A DNA stretch of 64,000 nucleotides from Eledone cirrhosa. Taxonomy: Eukaryota. This document shows, in pieces, positions 14,158 to 27,333 of this stretch. A program made the translations under genes and the position numbers. The stretch is from the NCBI GenBank assembly GCA_964016885.1, contig CAXHJY010000861.1, forward strand, positions 258,667 through 322,666. The letters are read 5' to 3'. A model generated the notes under the pieces. It worked only from the letters and a program-made list of their open reading frames with translations, was not told where the DNA came from and did no database searches. Each line of letters opens with the position of its first letter. Positions within the stretch are counted from its first letter, which is position 1.

Positions 14158-17100
14158 CACTTCATGAGTGTTCGCGGTCAGCCACCCCACTCTACATCAT
14201 GCGGCCAAACTCCCCCCCCCCCTTTTCTCTCTCTATCTATATATCTTCTCCCCCTCCACCACTTCATGAGTGTTCGCGGTCAGCCTCCCCACTCTACATC
14301 ATGCGGCCAAACTCCCCCCCCTTCTCTCTCTCTATCTATATATATAAGATAACACCCACAAGTAATCACATTCGCCAAATTCGTGGCTGTTTTTCCTTCA
14401 CGGTATAATGTAATGTACACATTTTTCTTGCATTTCTACAATCCGCTTAATTTCATAGTCCATCCAATCCGACAATTCTATAGCATTTTCTATCCTTCGA
14501 TTCCAATCCTTGCTTCACTACTCGCTATTCTATCCTATTTCCAAAACAAATCCTCCTGTATTCTGTATTTTGTCGTATTTTCCAAAACAAATATTGTATT
14601 TTTTGTTATTGCTTGTTAAATACGAAGTTTTTGTCGTATTTTACAAAACAAATCTTGTATTTTTGTTATCGCTTGTTAAATACGAGGATCTTACTTAAAC
14701 CTAATCTTCTCGCTAACAACTCAACACCCCTCCTGCCCGCCCCCACGCACCACCATTATTATTACGTGGACCAATCATAAGCCAGAGGCCTATACTATCG
14801 CTTGCCTGGTCGCCTTCGATATGACGGATGGATGGACTACGGCATTCTGGAGAATTGAAGAGAGAAAAATCTGGACGCTCAGCGACAATGCCAAAGATAA
14901 AGACAAATTCACCTCGTGGACGAGAATGCGAGCACTCCTCTTTGTTTCGGCCGCGAATGGCTAACATAACCCCATCTCCCCCCGCTCCCCACCGATCCCA
15001 CCCTCCAAACGCAATCCAAAACTTCAGAGTTGGTACCATGAATGTAGGCACCTTAAAGGGTCGCTCTAACGAGGTTGTAGAAATGCTTGAACGTAAGGAG
15101 GTCGATGTTTGTTGTATTCAAGAGACCAGGTGGAGGGGAGGGTCTGCTAGATTCATTGTGGGTAAAAAACGATGCTATATGCTTTTCTGGGTGGGAAATG
15201 ACAATGGGCTGGGTGGAGAAGGAATCATGGTAGCAGAAAAGTGGGCAGATAAGATAATAGACGTAAATAGAGTGAACGACAGAATAATTAAAATAAGACT
15301 TGTCCTCAATAGAACTACGGTGACAGTAATATCTGCGTACGCACCCCAATCCGGACTGCCCGGCACTATAAAAGACAGATTCTATGAGACACTGATGCTC
15401 ACTACCTCCCAAATAACCGACAGTGACTATATAATTATTGCAGGCAACCTAAATGATCACGTTGGACAACATTGTGACGGCTACGACGAAATCCATGGAG
15501 GCTATGGGTTTGGTACTAGAAATGAGGAAGGCTCCAGAATCCTGGAATTCTGTGACGCAAATAACCTAACTATCTGTAACACTAACTTCAAAAAACGTGA
15601 CAATCACCTGATCACCTATAGATCGGGGGAACACACAAGCCAGGTAGATTATATCCTTACCAGAAGACGTGACAGAGTGTCTGTTGTAAACACTAAATCC
15701 CTCCTCCATGAAGAATGCACCTCCCAACATAAACTGATAATTAGCGACCTAATAGTCAGGACGAGACGTACTAGACAACAGAAGAGTACTATCCTCAGGA
15801 GAAAAATATGGAAGCTAAAGGACCCCACAGCCAGAAATAAATTCAAAAGTATATTACTTGATGCTTTTGACAGTAAGAGCAATTAGAGTCGTACAATATA
15901 GAGGAGCAGTGGGAATTTCTGAAAGCAAACCTGCTGATGGCTGCAGACGAAGTCTGTGGCTGGAGCAGGCCTGTAGGCAGGAGGAGAGTAACATGGTGGT
16001 GGAACAGTAAGGTGGAGGGGTCAATTAAGGCCAAAAAGCAGGCTTGGAAAGTATGGCGGGATGGGGGAAGTACAGAAGACTATCAAGTGGCCAGGAGGGA
16101 AGCTAGGAGACAAGTGTACTTAGCAAGAAGGGAAGCAGAGGAAAGAAAGTTCAAGCATGTTCTACAACGCGAGGACCAAAAACGTGAGGTGTTCAGGATT
16201 GCTAGGCAATGTGTCAAGGAAAACCGTGATATTGTCGGGGAGAAGTGTGTACTTAATGATGACGGCGTACTTGCCATCACCGACGCTGATAAGAAGGTAG
16301 CTTGGAAGTGTCACTATGAAAGGCTACTAAATGAGGAGAATAAATGGGAGAAAGACAGTCTCCCCCACATTGACCCAATAGAGGGACCAGCAGTGTTAAT
16401 CGAGGGTAGTATAATAAGTAAGGTAATCAAAGATATTAAGACGGGTAAGGCGGCTGGGCCTTCGGAAATAGTTGCCGAGATGCTGAAGGCATCTGGTACG
16501 GTGGGACACACCATGGTCACCCGGATAGTTAACCAAGTCGTACAGAATGGGGTTGTTCCGAAGGACTGGCGTAGCAGCATCATCATTAACTGTTATAAGG
16601 GTAAAGGAGATGCCCTAGATAGGAGTAACTATAGAGGCATTAAATTAATCGACCAGGTCATGAAGGTCACGGAAAAAGTAATAGCGCAACTAATCAGAGA
16701 GAGAATTGATCTAGATGAAATGCAGTTCGGGTTTGTGTCAGGCAAAAGTACCACAGACGCTCTTTTCATTGTACGACAACTACAGGAGAAGTACCTAGCT
16801 AAAAGTAAACCCCTATACTTAGCTTTTGTCGACTTGGAGAAAGCCTTCGACAGAGTCCCCCGTTCCATTATCTGGTGGGCTCTTAGAAAACTAGGTGTTG
16901 ACGAATGGCTTGTGAGAGCTATACAAGCCATGTATAAAGAAACAGTCAGCAAGGTTAGAATTAACAACGAATATAGTGAAGAGTTTAGCGTAAAAGTTGG
17001 CGTCCATCAGGGCTCTGTTCTCAGCCCCCTACTATTTATTATTGCCCTTCAGGCTATAACAGAAGAGTTCAAGACCGGTTGCCCATGGGAACTCCTATAC

Positions 17101-18111
17101 GCAGATGACCTAACACTCATAGCTGAATCAATGGCCGAGCTAGAGAAGAAATTCCAAACATGGAAGCACGGCCTAGAATCAAAAGGCCTTAAAATTAACC
17201 TGGCTAAGACTAAAGTTCTAGTTTGTAAGAAAGAAAATAAGGCGGCGGTCCCTTCCGGGAAGTGGCCATGCTCAGTGTGTAGGAAAGGCGTAGGTAGAAA
17301 CTCCTTTTTGTGTCCCAAATGCAAAGTATGGGTGCATAAAAGATGTAGTGGGATCACAGGTAAGCTAACTAAGAACACAGATATTACATGTGGCCGGTGC
17401 TCTGGTGCAATAAGTAGCAGCAAGTGCCCACAAAATACTAGCTCTTTCAACTGCGCAGAGGGTTCTATAGAAATAGTGGACAGCTTCCATTACCTGGGTG
17501 ACAAAATCAGCAGTGGGTGAGGGTGCTCTGAAAGTACAGTAGCTAGAGTCAGAACTGGATGGAAAAAGTTCAGAGAGCTTATACCACTATTAGCCGCTAA
17601 AGGGTTCTCCCTAAAAATGAAAGGAAGGTTGTATGATGCCTGCATACGAACAGCAATGTTGCATGGCAGTGAGACCTGGGCATTGTGTGCAGAGGATATA
17701 CGCAGACTAGAGAGAAACAAAGCTTGCATGCTCCGCTGGATGTGTAATAGTAATATATGTGAACGGCAAAGCATAAACGAACTAAGGAAAAAATTAGAAA
17801 TAAGAGGGATCAGATGTTGTTTACTCGAGAGAAGGCTACGTTGGTATGGTCACGTGATGCGCATGAAGGACGATAGCTGTATAACAAAGTGCAGGGCAAT
17901 AAAGATAGATGGTAGCCACGGAATAGGCAGACCCAGAAAAACCTGGGACGAGCTGATAAATTCCGACCTCACACACTTACACCTCACCAAGACAATGTAA
18001 CTGGACCGAGACCTTTGGTGGTACTCAGTAATAGAGAAGACCCGCCTTACCTAAATACAAAGTAAAACCTACTACAGTCAGTAGGCATCTCTAACAAAAT
18101 ACACCCCCGTC
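14158..18111 (+). mobile_element. RTE family A LINE with long 5' UTR, disrupted ORF, 3' end missing
   Basis: ORF pieces 14888-15886, 15937-17520, 17617-18000; 5' region resembles 38035-38750; ~100-bp tandem duplication at 14158-14345. Confidence 0.96.
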
Positions 18112-21100
18112 AGTTTCTGTTTTGACATGTCCTGGTGTGATGTTGAAGAGAGCAGGGCCAATTGAGGTGAAATAATTGTGCCGTATTGTTGTTATGAGTT
18201 GCGATTTAGAGTTTTGTTTGGGATGGATAGCACGTGGCCCAAGCCTTGGGTGTATTTTGAAGGTGATGCCAACATCATTTGGGCAGTGCTGATGAAACAT
18301 TTTCCACATCATGCAGATAATATAACGCTCACGGCGACGTTGGAGTAAGTAAAGTTTCAGCTTTTCTAGTTGACCCCAGTAGTCAAGGTCTGACATGCCA
18401 TCTATCTTTTTCATGATTGCCCTTTGGGGAGCTTCAAGTTTCATGATACTTTGTTTCATGTAGGGAGACCACAGTGGACAACAGTATTCAAGGTGTGGTC
18501 GGGCAAAAGAGAAGGATAATGGTGTGGGAATCTCTCGACTGGAAGATTCTGAGGATCCAGGAACACATTCTGCGGGCCATGTCAACTTTGCTGCTTATAT
18601 GCGTGTTCCAGCTTATGTTGCTGTCCACGGTTACTCCCAAGTCTCTGGTGTTGTTAGATGCCACGAGAGTTTCACCGGAGGGAAGGGAGTACGGGAGTTT
18701 CAGAGCATCCTCTTTTCCAAAGTGGATCAGTTCGAATTTGTCTTCGTTCAGTAACATGTTGTTCTTTTCCGTCCATTGAGTAACAGCCAGTAGGTCTGAC
18801 TGAAGGCTTATCCGGTCATCCACGCCATTGATGACCTTTTGGAGCTTGGAATCATCAGCGAAAATTCTAATGTTGCTGTGTCTGATGATGTCAGTGATGT
18901 CATTAATATAAATGATGAAGAGAAGTGGGCCCAACACAGTGCCTTGTGGGACCCCACTACTGGCTTTGGCTGGGCTGGATTTGACTCCTTCGACTACATG
19001 TTGGGTTCTGTTTGACAGGAAGCTCTTGATCCACTGCAGCAGCTTTCCAGTGACACCAATATTGGACAGCTTTCTCAGTAGAATGTTGTGATCAACCCTG
19101 TCAAAGGACTTGCTGAAATCAAGGTAGATAACATCAGTGTTGGAACCCTCTCCCAAGGCTCTCAAAATGTCATCAAAGTGATGCAGTAGCTGCGTCAGGC
19201 AATCCCTTCCATTACGGAATCCATGCTGGTTGGAGTTCAGCATATTGTTACTCTCAAGGAAGTGAGTCATTCGCGATCTCACCACTCTCTCAAATACCTT
19301 AATGATATGAGAGGTGAGTGAGATTGGACGGTAATTCACGGCAAGGGATTTGTTTCCTCTTTTGAAAACTGGGACAACAGACTGGGATAGGTTTTCTGGC
19401 ACATATCCAGCATCCAGTGAGTTCCGCCACAGATTGGCAAGAGGAGATGCAAGTTGGTGTTGACACGCCTTCAAGACACAAGCAGGGAACCTATCGGGAC
19501 CTACTGCTGAATTATGCTTGATTTCCTTTATTGCTGCTAAGACACCAGGGGCGCCAAACGTTATGTCCGATAAGGTGTAATGGGGAGTAACATCGCCGAT
19601 ACAGCCCAGATCGGCCATATCAGGATTGCTGAAAACAGAGCAGTATTGTTTTTGCAGTATTTCACCCATGGTTTTAGCATTGTCTTGAAGAGTGCCATTT
19701 TCATCAATTAGAGGGCCAACAGTAGAGCCAGTGATTTTGTGTTTTTTTGCAAATGAAAAGAACACTTTGGGATAGAGTTTGATCTTCTCAATGGCCAAGG
19801 CCTCTTCAGCTAATCTCTGATTGTTGATGATAGACATCATATTGTTTTGGAGGTTATGTTTTTTAATTTCTAGTGATGAAATGGCAGTCAAGTTGATGTG
19901 TTGCTGCTGACAGTATTTCAGCTTGTTGATTTTTTTTGTTAGTTCTCTTAATTTTCCTGATGAGCGTTTTTCTATTTCTAGGGATTCTGCTCTTAGATTT
20001 GTTTATACTTCTTAATGGGGTGTGTTTTGCACATATGATTGTAACAGTGTCCACAAATGTCTGCCAGGACTTTTTGATGTTAGTGGGTGTGTGAGTGTGC
20101 GTGAAGGACCAGTCGACATGTGCAAGATCATGACTGATCGCTTCCCAGTTTGCATTGTGGAAATCCATAGCGTCAAACGGATGGACAGGAGAGATGACAT
20201 TGGGTTTGTATATTGGACGGTGGAATCTCAGATCACAGAGAACCATGTCATGATTAGAGAGTAGAGTTTTCTCCACTGCAATATTGTGGGTAGTGTCAGT
20301 GTGATTGCTGAAAATTAAGTCTAGGACGTTTTTGTGGCACCTCGTTGGTTCGAGCACCAGTTGGGACAGGAAGAAATCATCCATGAAGTCAAGAAGCAAT
20401 TCCACTGCTTCCCTGTCAGAGGTTGAGGCAGAAGAACCTGGTGGCAGGCTGTTTGTGGACCAGTCAACTCCGGGGAGGTTGAAGTCCCCCATCATTAAGA
20501 TGTTGTCAGGGTGACACTCTTGGATGAAACACTTTATGCTGTTGAGGCATTCCTTGAAGCATGGTACAGGCGTTTGGGGTGGCCTATAGAGCCCAACTAC
20601 TATTAGGTTGTTGGTTTGACTGAATACAGTGACTGCTTCGCAGTATCCATTAGTAAATTTGTTCATAGCCTCTGTTGAGAAAGAATTATGGACATAAATG
20701 GCAGTCCCACCCTTTCTTCTGCCAGCGCGATCAGCACGGATGGCTTTGAAATTTTTCACTTTCACCTCGGCTTCCAAGTGGAGGTTACTGAGATGGGTTT
20801 CAGTGAGGACGAAGAAAGGGATGTGGTTTGGATGGACATCAACCCAGTCCTCCAGGAATTTGATTTTCCATTTTTGAGTATTGGTGGAAGGGCTGATGCC
20901 TTGGGCGTTAAGCAAAAATGTTGAGGCGAGAGTGGATGGTTTTAATTGTTTTGGTGTGTTGTTAATTTGTTTGTTTGTTAATGGCAGCAATGGGAGTTTG
21001 TGCAGTGGGGTGATAGTGGAGGGTGGTGCTGGGTGATAGCTCAAATGTTTTTTTTCCAGTTCTTTTGCCAGATTCATTATGGCTAAAAAAGAGGAAGAAT

Positions 21101-22407
21101 TTTCCTGTTTAGGAGACTGTTGGTGACTGTGGTAGTGGTTATTTTTATGTAGGTTATGGTTTTTGTTTTTGCTTTTATTTTTTTTTCATTTGTCCGACGG
21201 GTCCCCGGGAGTTGGGTAAAGGGACAATCCCAGTGTAAACACAATCTGTCTCGCAGGGAAAAACGGCAGATTTGTGGATTCCTTGTTTGAGTTATTGGTG
21301 GTTGTGTTGGTGTTAAATTAGAACATGTATTATGGTGGTGGCTGTTTGTGGGGATAGACCGTTTTGTCCTAGGTAAATGGGTGAATTTGCAGCCACTATC
21401 CTTACATATTCTATAGCGTAGAGAGTAGCGGCAAATGATGGGGTTTCGAGTGGGTGTGTATGTGTGTGTGTGTGTTGTGAGAGGTGTAGATGATAGTTTG
21501 AGTAGGTTTTGACGACCTTTGTGGGCTGTGGGAGGGAGAGTTCTTGTACTGGTATTAGAAGGTAAATTCCTTAAGATAGCAGTAGGCAAAGATGTAGTAG
21601 TAGTATTAGTAGGCAGAGGAGATGTTGGCAGTGGTGATGATTGGACTGCTGGGGCAGAGAAAGGAAGAAGCGTTTCCTGCTGTGAGACAGTGGCTACTGG
21701 GAGGTCAATAGTTTCATTTAGTAGTTCGGCCATTGTTGATGAATCAAGGAGTGGTTCACACTGTTGTTGTTGTTGTCGTTGTTGTTGTTGCTGTTGTTGT
21801 TGTAGCTGTTGTTGTTGTTGCCGTTGTTGCTGCTGTTGTTGTTGTTGCTGCTGTTGCTGCTGCTGGACAGCATTCGAAGAAAAAACACACAATAGTTTAT
21901 CCAAATGTTTATTGATTAATTTAAAAGCAACTTCGATTTGCTTTAATTTATTTTGAATCTGTTGTTCAGATCGGGTTTTCAAAAGGTGAACTGTACGTTT
22001 AGCAATTTCGTTCAGACATGAAGCATCTATGTCTTCTGTTTGGGTAAGGCAATGCCATGTGTTTATTAGAATGTCGATTTCATTATCAGACCAGTTCTGT
22101 TTGGATTTTTCCTGGTTAGCCATTCTAGTTTTGAGTGTGTGTGTTTTAGTTAAGTATTTCAATATATATATATATATTGTTTTTTTTTTTTGTTTTTTTC
22201 TTGTGTGTGATTGAGAAGTGTATATATAAATATGAGTATATATAAATAAATATATTCTGGTTATTTCAAATTAATGAAATTAATGAAAAGACGAAAGTAT
22301 ATAATAATTTGTAGTTAAAGGAATATGTACTCACAAGTTGGTAAACACGTGGTTTCAAATATATAAGAATATAGATGTATGTAAATGTAATTGACCGGTC
22401 AATTTGG

Positions 22408-22411
<4 letters not shown>
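18109..22411 (-). mobile_element. CR1-group LINE family A, two-ORF copy lacking the last ~220 bp
   Basis: ORF1 21083-22162; APE 19863-21077 (LNAQGI, LTETHL, MGDFNLP, LDLIFS, SNH); RT 18488-19891; near-identical to 3444-5263. Confidence 0.94.
21083..22162 (-). CDS. LINE ORF1 protein with putative Myb/SANT-like N-terminus, polyQ and two CCCH-like fingers
   Basis: WSDNEIDILINTW...RSEQQIQNKLK; polyQ at 21761-21865; CRYSLRYRICKDSGCKFTH and CRFSLRDRLCLHWDCPFTQ; lies directly upstream of the APE ORF. Confidence 0.75.
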   Translation of the reverse strand: MKYLTKTHTLKTRMANQEKSKQNWSDNEIDILINTWHCLTQTEDIDASCLNEIAKRTVHLLKTRSEQQIQNKLKQIEVAFKLINKHLDKLLCVFSSNAVQQQQQQQQQQQQQQRQQQQQLQQQQQQQQRQQQQQCEPLLDSSTMAELLNETIDLPVATVSQQETLLPFSAPAVQSSPLPTSPLPTNTTTTSLPTAILRNLPSNTSTRTLPPTAHKGRQNLLKLSSTPLTTHTHTYTPTRNPIICRYSLRYRICKDSGCKFTHLPRTKRSIPTNSHHHNTCSNLTPTQPPITQTRNPQICRFSLRDRLCLHWDCPFTQLPGTRRTNEKKIKAKTKTITYIKITTTTVTNSLLNRKILPLF

Positions 22412-22451
<40 letters not shown>

Positions 22452-22457
22452 ACATGT

Positions 22458-23536
22458 ATCATCATCATCATCATCATCAGGTTTAGCGTCCGTGTTCCAC
22501 GCTTGCATGGGTTTGGACGGGGGTTTTCCCAATTGAGGCAAGAGTGGTTGTCTTGCTCGCATAGGACTGTCTGGCGGGTTTTCTAGTTGGATGCCCTTCC
22601 TAACACCAACCACATTTACAGTGTGGGGCTGGGAGGTTTTTACCGTGTTGCCTACACGGCCACATTTACAGCGTGGACTGTGTGTTTTTTGTCGTGACAC
22701 CTACACGATCTCATTTGTTTCGGCCTGGATGTTGTGGGACCAACATAACTTTACATTGAAAGGGGTGGTGTGGGTGGGGTGGAGGTGGTGGGACGGGGGT
22801 GTGTTTTGATAGAGATGCCTACTGACTGTAGTAGGTTTTTACTTTGTATTTAGGTAAGGCGGGTCTTCTCTATTACTGAGTACCGCCAAAGGTCTCGGTC
22901 CAGTGACATTGTCTTGGAGAGGTGTAAGCGTGTGAGGTCGGAATTTATCAGCTCGTCCCATGTTTTTCTGGGTCTGCCTACTCCGTGGCTACCGTCTATC
23001 TTTATTGCCCTGCACTTTGTTATACAGCTGTCGTCTTTCATGCGCATCACGTGACCGTACCAACGTAGCCTTCTCTCGAGTAAACAACATCTGATCCCTC
23101 TTATTTCTAATTTTTTCCTTAGTTCGTTTATGCTTTGCCGTTCACGTATATTACTATTGCACATCCAGCGGAGCATGCAAGCTTCGTTCCTCTCTAGTCT
23201 GCGTATATCCTCTGCACACAATGCCCAGGTCTCACTGCCATGCAGCATTGCTGTTCGTATGCAGGCATCGTATAACCTGCCTTTCATTTTTAGGGAGAAC
23301 CCTCTAGCGGCTAATAGTGGTATAAGCTCTCTGAACTTTTTCCATCCAGTTCTGACTCTAGCTACTGTACTTTCAGAGCACCCTCCCCCACTGCTGATTT
23401 TGTCACCCAGATAACGGAAGCTGTCCACTATTTCTATAGAACCCTCTGCGCAGTTGAAGGAGCTAGTATTTTGTGGGCACTTGCTGCTACTTATTGCACC
23501 AGAGCACCGGCCACATGTAAAATCTATGTTCTTAGT
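22458..23536 (-). mobile_element. RTE family A, 5'-truncated, complete 3' UTR and (GAT)n tail
   Basis: ORF end EKTRLT* at 22850; TA arrays both sides. Confidence 0.95.
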
Positions 23537-23591
23537 ATGTATATATATATATATGTGTGTGTGTACATGTATATATATATATATATGTATA

Positions 23592-23953
23592 TCATCATCA
23601 TCACCGTTTTACGTCCGTTCTTCCACGCTAGCATGGGTTAGACGGGTTGTCCTGTTGTGGGCAGTGTCTGGTCGGCTGACCATGCCTTGCTCATACAGGA
23701 ACTGATCTGGCTTGATTTCTACAGCTGGATGCCCTTCCTAACACCAACCTCATTTACAGTGAGTGCTGGGTGCTTTTTCGTGGCGCCTACACGTCCACTT
23801 TACAGTGTGGGCTGGGTGCTTTTTTGCCGTGGCACCTCCACGACCACCTTGCGGTGGGGGGAGTGGGGGCATATTGTTTATATGCTTCAGCATGTACCCA
23901 TGGGAGGTCGGGTACCCTCTATTACTGCGTGACGCCAGAAGTCACGGTCGTGT
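23592..23953 (-). mobile_element. RTE family B 3' fragment
   Basis: Tandem near-copy of the adjacent 23975-24345. Confidence 0.92.
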
Positions 23954-23974
23954 GTATATATATATGTGTGTGTA

Positions 23975-25694
23975 CATCATCATCATCATCATCACCGTTT
24001 TACGTCCGTTCTTCCACGCTAGCATGGGTTAGACGGGTTGTCCTGTTGTGGGCAGTGTCTGGTCGGCTGACCATGCCTTGCTCATACAGGAACTGATCTG
24101 GCTTGATTTCTACAGCTGGATGCCCTTCCTAACACCAACCTCATTTACAGTGAGTGCTGGGTGCTTTTTCGTGGCGCCTACACGTCCACTTTACAGTGTG
24201 GGCTGGGTGCTTTTTTGCCGTGGCACCTCCACGGCCACCTTGCGGTGGAGGGGGGGCGGCATATTGTTTATATGCTTCAGCATGTACCCATGGGAGGTCG
24301 GGTACCCTGTATTACTGCGTGACGCCAGAAGTCACGGTCGTGTGTCATTGACTTTGAGAGGTGTAGTTGGGTAAGGTCGGCTTTTATCACCTCATCCCAA
24401 GTCATCTTGGGTCTCCCCACTCCGCGGTTTCCATCAACTTCTAGTGCTCTGCACCTTTTTATGCAGCTGTCATCCTTCATACGCATCACATGTCCATACC
24501 AGCGTAACCGCCTCTCCTGCACGCAGCATTTGATTCCTCTTATGCTCAGTCTCTCTCTCAATTCCTTTATGCTTTGTCGTTCACGTATATTACTGTTACA
24601 CATCCATCGGAGCATGCAGGCTTCGTTTCTCTCTAATCTACGTAAGTCTTCCACCTTCAGCGCCCAGGTCTCACTACCATGCAACATCGCTGTTCGGATA
24701 CACACATCATACAGTCTGCCTTTCATTCTGAGGGAGAAGCCTTTTGCAGCTAGCAGTGGTAGTAGTTCCCTAAACTTCTTCCATCCCGTTCTTACCCTAG
24801 TTATTGTACTTTCTGAGCACCCACCTCCGTTGCTAATTCGGTCACCTAGGTAGCAGAAGCTGTCTACTGTTTCTACAGGGCCCTCCCGGAGATTGGTGGT
24901 ACTTGTTTCCTGTGGCTGTTTGCTTGCTGTTTCAGCACAGCTGCTGCATGTGAATCCTACATTCTTAATTAAGCTTCCTGAGATCCCGCTACATCTCTTG
25001 TGTACCCATTGTTTGCATTTGGGGCAGAGAATGGAGTTTCTACCTACACCTTTCCTACATACTGAGCAAGGCCATTTCCCTGAGGGGATCTGGGTTCTGT
25101 TTTCTCGTCTACTTACAAGGACCTTAGTCTTTGTCATGTTGACTTTGAGGCCCTTTCTCTCTAGTCCCTGCTTCCAGGTTTGGAATTTATTCTCTAGTTC
25201 TACCATAGATTCAGCTATGAGTGCGAGGTCATCAGCATACAGGAGTTCCCATGGGCATCCGGTCTTAAACTCCTCCGTTATTGCCTGCAGGACTATGATG
25301 AACAGGAGAGGGCTAAGAACAGAGCCCTGGTGGACCCCAACCTGTACGCTAAATTCCTCGCTATACTCATTGCCAATCCTAACTTTGCTGACTGCTCCCC
25401 TATACATGGCTTGTACCGCTTTCACAAGCCATTCATCTACTCCTAGTTTTCTAAGAGCCCACCAGATTACTGCACGTGGAACTCTGTCAAAGGCTTTCTC
25501 AAGGTCGACAAATGCCAAGTAGAGTGGCTTACTTTTAGCTAGGTACTTTTCCTGTAATTGCCTCACAAGGAAGAGGGCATCAGTGGTGCCTTTCCCTGGT
25601 ACAAACCCAAATTGCATCTCGTCTATATTCACCCGGTCCCTAATCAGCTGTGCTATAACTCTTTCTGTTACTTTCATGACCTGGTCCATCAACT
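23975..25694 (-). mobile_element. RTE family B, 5'-truncated RT with PHD-like insert
   Basis: Open frame 24277-25694 with FVDLEKAFD, YADD, CSVC..CPKCKQWVHKRC..CSSC; own 3' UTR and (GAT)n tail. Confidence 0.95.
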
Positions 25695-25858
25695 GTACAT
25701 GTATATATATATATGTGTGTGTGTGTGTGCATGTATATATATATATATATATACATGTATATATATATATATATGTATGTATATATATATATATGTGTAC
25801 ATACACATGTATATATATATATATATATATATGTACATGTATATATATATATATATAC

Positions 25859-26252
25859 ATAAAATATTAAAAAAATAATGAATAAAACAAAGAAACAGTT
25901 CCTTATATTAAACAATAATTATTTCTGAAGACAGCATATATATGTGATGGTATGTATATACTCCTTGATAGTTTGTATAATTTTGTACATAGATCTTTTG
26001 AATATGCATGCCAATTCTAACACATATATGTCCTAGAAACGATCGTTAAATAATGAACTTTTTTTGTTTAATATAAGGAACTGTTTCTTTGTTTTATTCA
26101 TTATTTTTTTATATTTTATCTTGACTCTGTATTCCGTTTATCTTTCACCGAAAGTGATTTTTGAATGCATCTCTTCTTTCCATGATATCCGGATTACATT
26201 GAGTTCTTCATACGGATTGGACACTACCGTAAACTTTTGGTAGATTTATCTA
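25859..26252 (+). mobile_element. Short non-coding hammerhead-bearing unit with ~52-bp inverted repeat (probable PLE terminal remnant)
   Basis: 25859-25911 is the reverse complement of 26068-26119; hammerhead lies between them; TA flanks. Confidence 0.65.
25918..26054 (+). ncRNA. Type I hammerhead with ~100-nt stem II region
   Basis: AUUAUUU-CUGAAGA-[..AUAUAUGUG..CACAUAUAU..]-GAAA-CGAUCG-UU^-AAAUAAU; 7-bp stem I; palindromic stem III. Confidence 0.75.
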
Positions 26253-26279
26253 CTATATATATATATACATGTATATATA

Positions 26280-26889
26280 AAGGGCAAAGGAACTCCTGGG
26301 AGCTCTTAGAGCTCTTGGAGTCAATGGCCATCCAAAACCAGCACGGCCCGCTGAAAGGCACTGCAGTGCCGGAAAAGTCACATTCCTTGACGTTACTTCC
26401 TGCTACGAGTATGCTGGTAAGCTAGTACAACGTATCTCCAGACGGATAGAGTGGGTCCGTAGCTTTGGTTAGCGACTACTCTAGTGTTTGCAACACGAAC
26501 AATTAGGGCGAAGGTATAAATGCCAGGTTGGTATCTGGCGCCGGGTAACCCACCACACGGAGGAGGAAGCACCTTCTTCAAGACTTGGCTGTCAAATTCT
26601 TTCACATGTGTGTAGTAGTGGCGCCCACACACATTATTAGCTACTTCAAAATATGATGGATTTCGCAACTAACTGCACCAGGGTTCCTGTTCCTCAGGGA
26701 ACCACACTATATGGTATACCTGTTGATATAGGTCCAGCCCCTGCCTTCCCGGGTCCTGTTTCTGATCATAATGATCTCTAGGGATACGGGAATCAATAGA
26801 CAGGAGCTGGGGGCAGCGATGGGGGACGGCGAATTCTAGGGCATGAGAGTGAGATCCATCATCTCGACAGTAGTAGAAGAATGATGATG

Positions 26890-26890
<1 letters not shown>
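26280..26890 (+). mobile_element. Degraded non-autonomous RTE derivative
   Basis: (ATG)n tail; residual ISRDTGINRQELGAAMGDGEF* resembles an RTE ORF C-terminus; 5' part resembles 34240-34282 (minus strand). Confidence 0.55.
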
Positions 26891-26923
<33 letters not shown>

Positions 26924-26934
26924 GTGTACATACA

Positions 26935-27247
26935 CATCATCATCATCACCGTTTTACGTCCGTTTTCCACGCTAGCATGGGTTAGACGGGTTGTCCTGTT
27001 GTGGGCAGTGTCTGGTCGGCTGACCATGCCTTGCTCATACAGGAACTGATTTGGCTTGGTTTCTACAGCTGGATGCCCTTCCTAACACCAACCTCATTTA
27101 CAGTGAGTGCTGGGTACTTTTTTCGTGGCGCCTACACGTCCACTTTACAGTGTGGGCTGGGTGCTTTTTTTCCGTGGCACCTCCACGACCACCTTGCGGT
27201 GGGGGGTGTGGGGGCATATTGTCTATATGCTTCAGCTTGTACCCATG
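26935..27247 (-). mobile_element. RTE family B 3' fragment
   Basis: Matches 23975-24290. Confidence 0.92.
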
Positions 27248-27333
27248 TATATATGTATATATATGTACACATGTATATATATATATATGTGTACATACAC
27301 ATGTATATATATATATATATAGGAACAAGTAAG

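Noticed and set aside
21733-21956. PolyCys/polyVal proteins or a host polyQ gene
   Set aside because: Alternative frames of the CAA/CAG tract within LINE ORF1.
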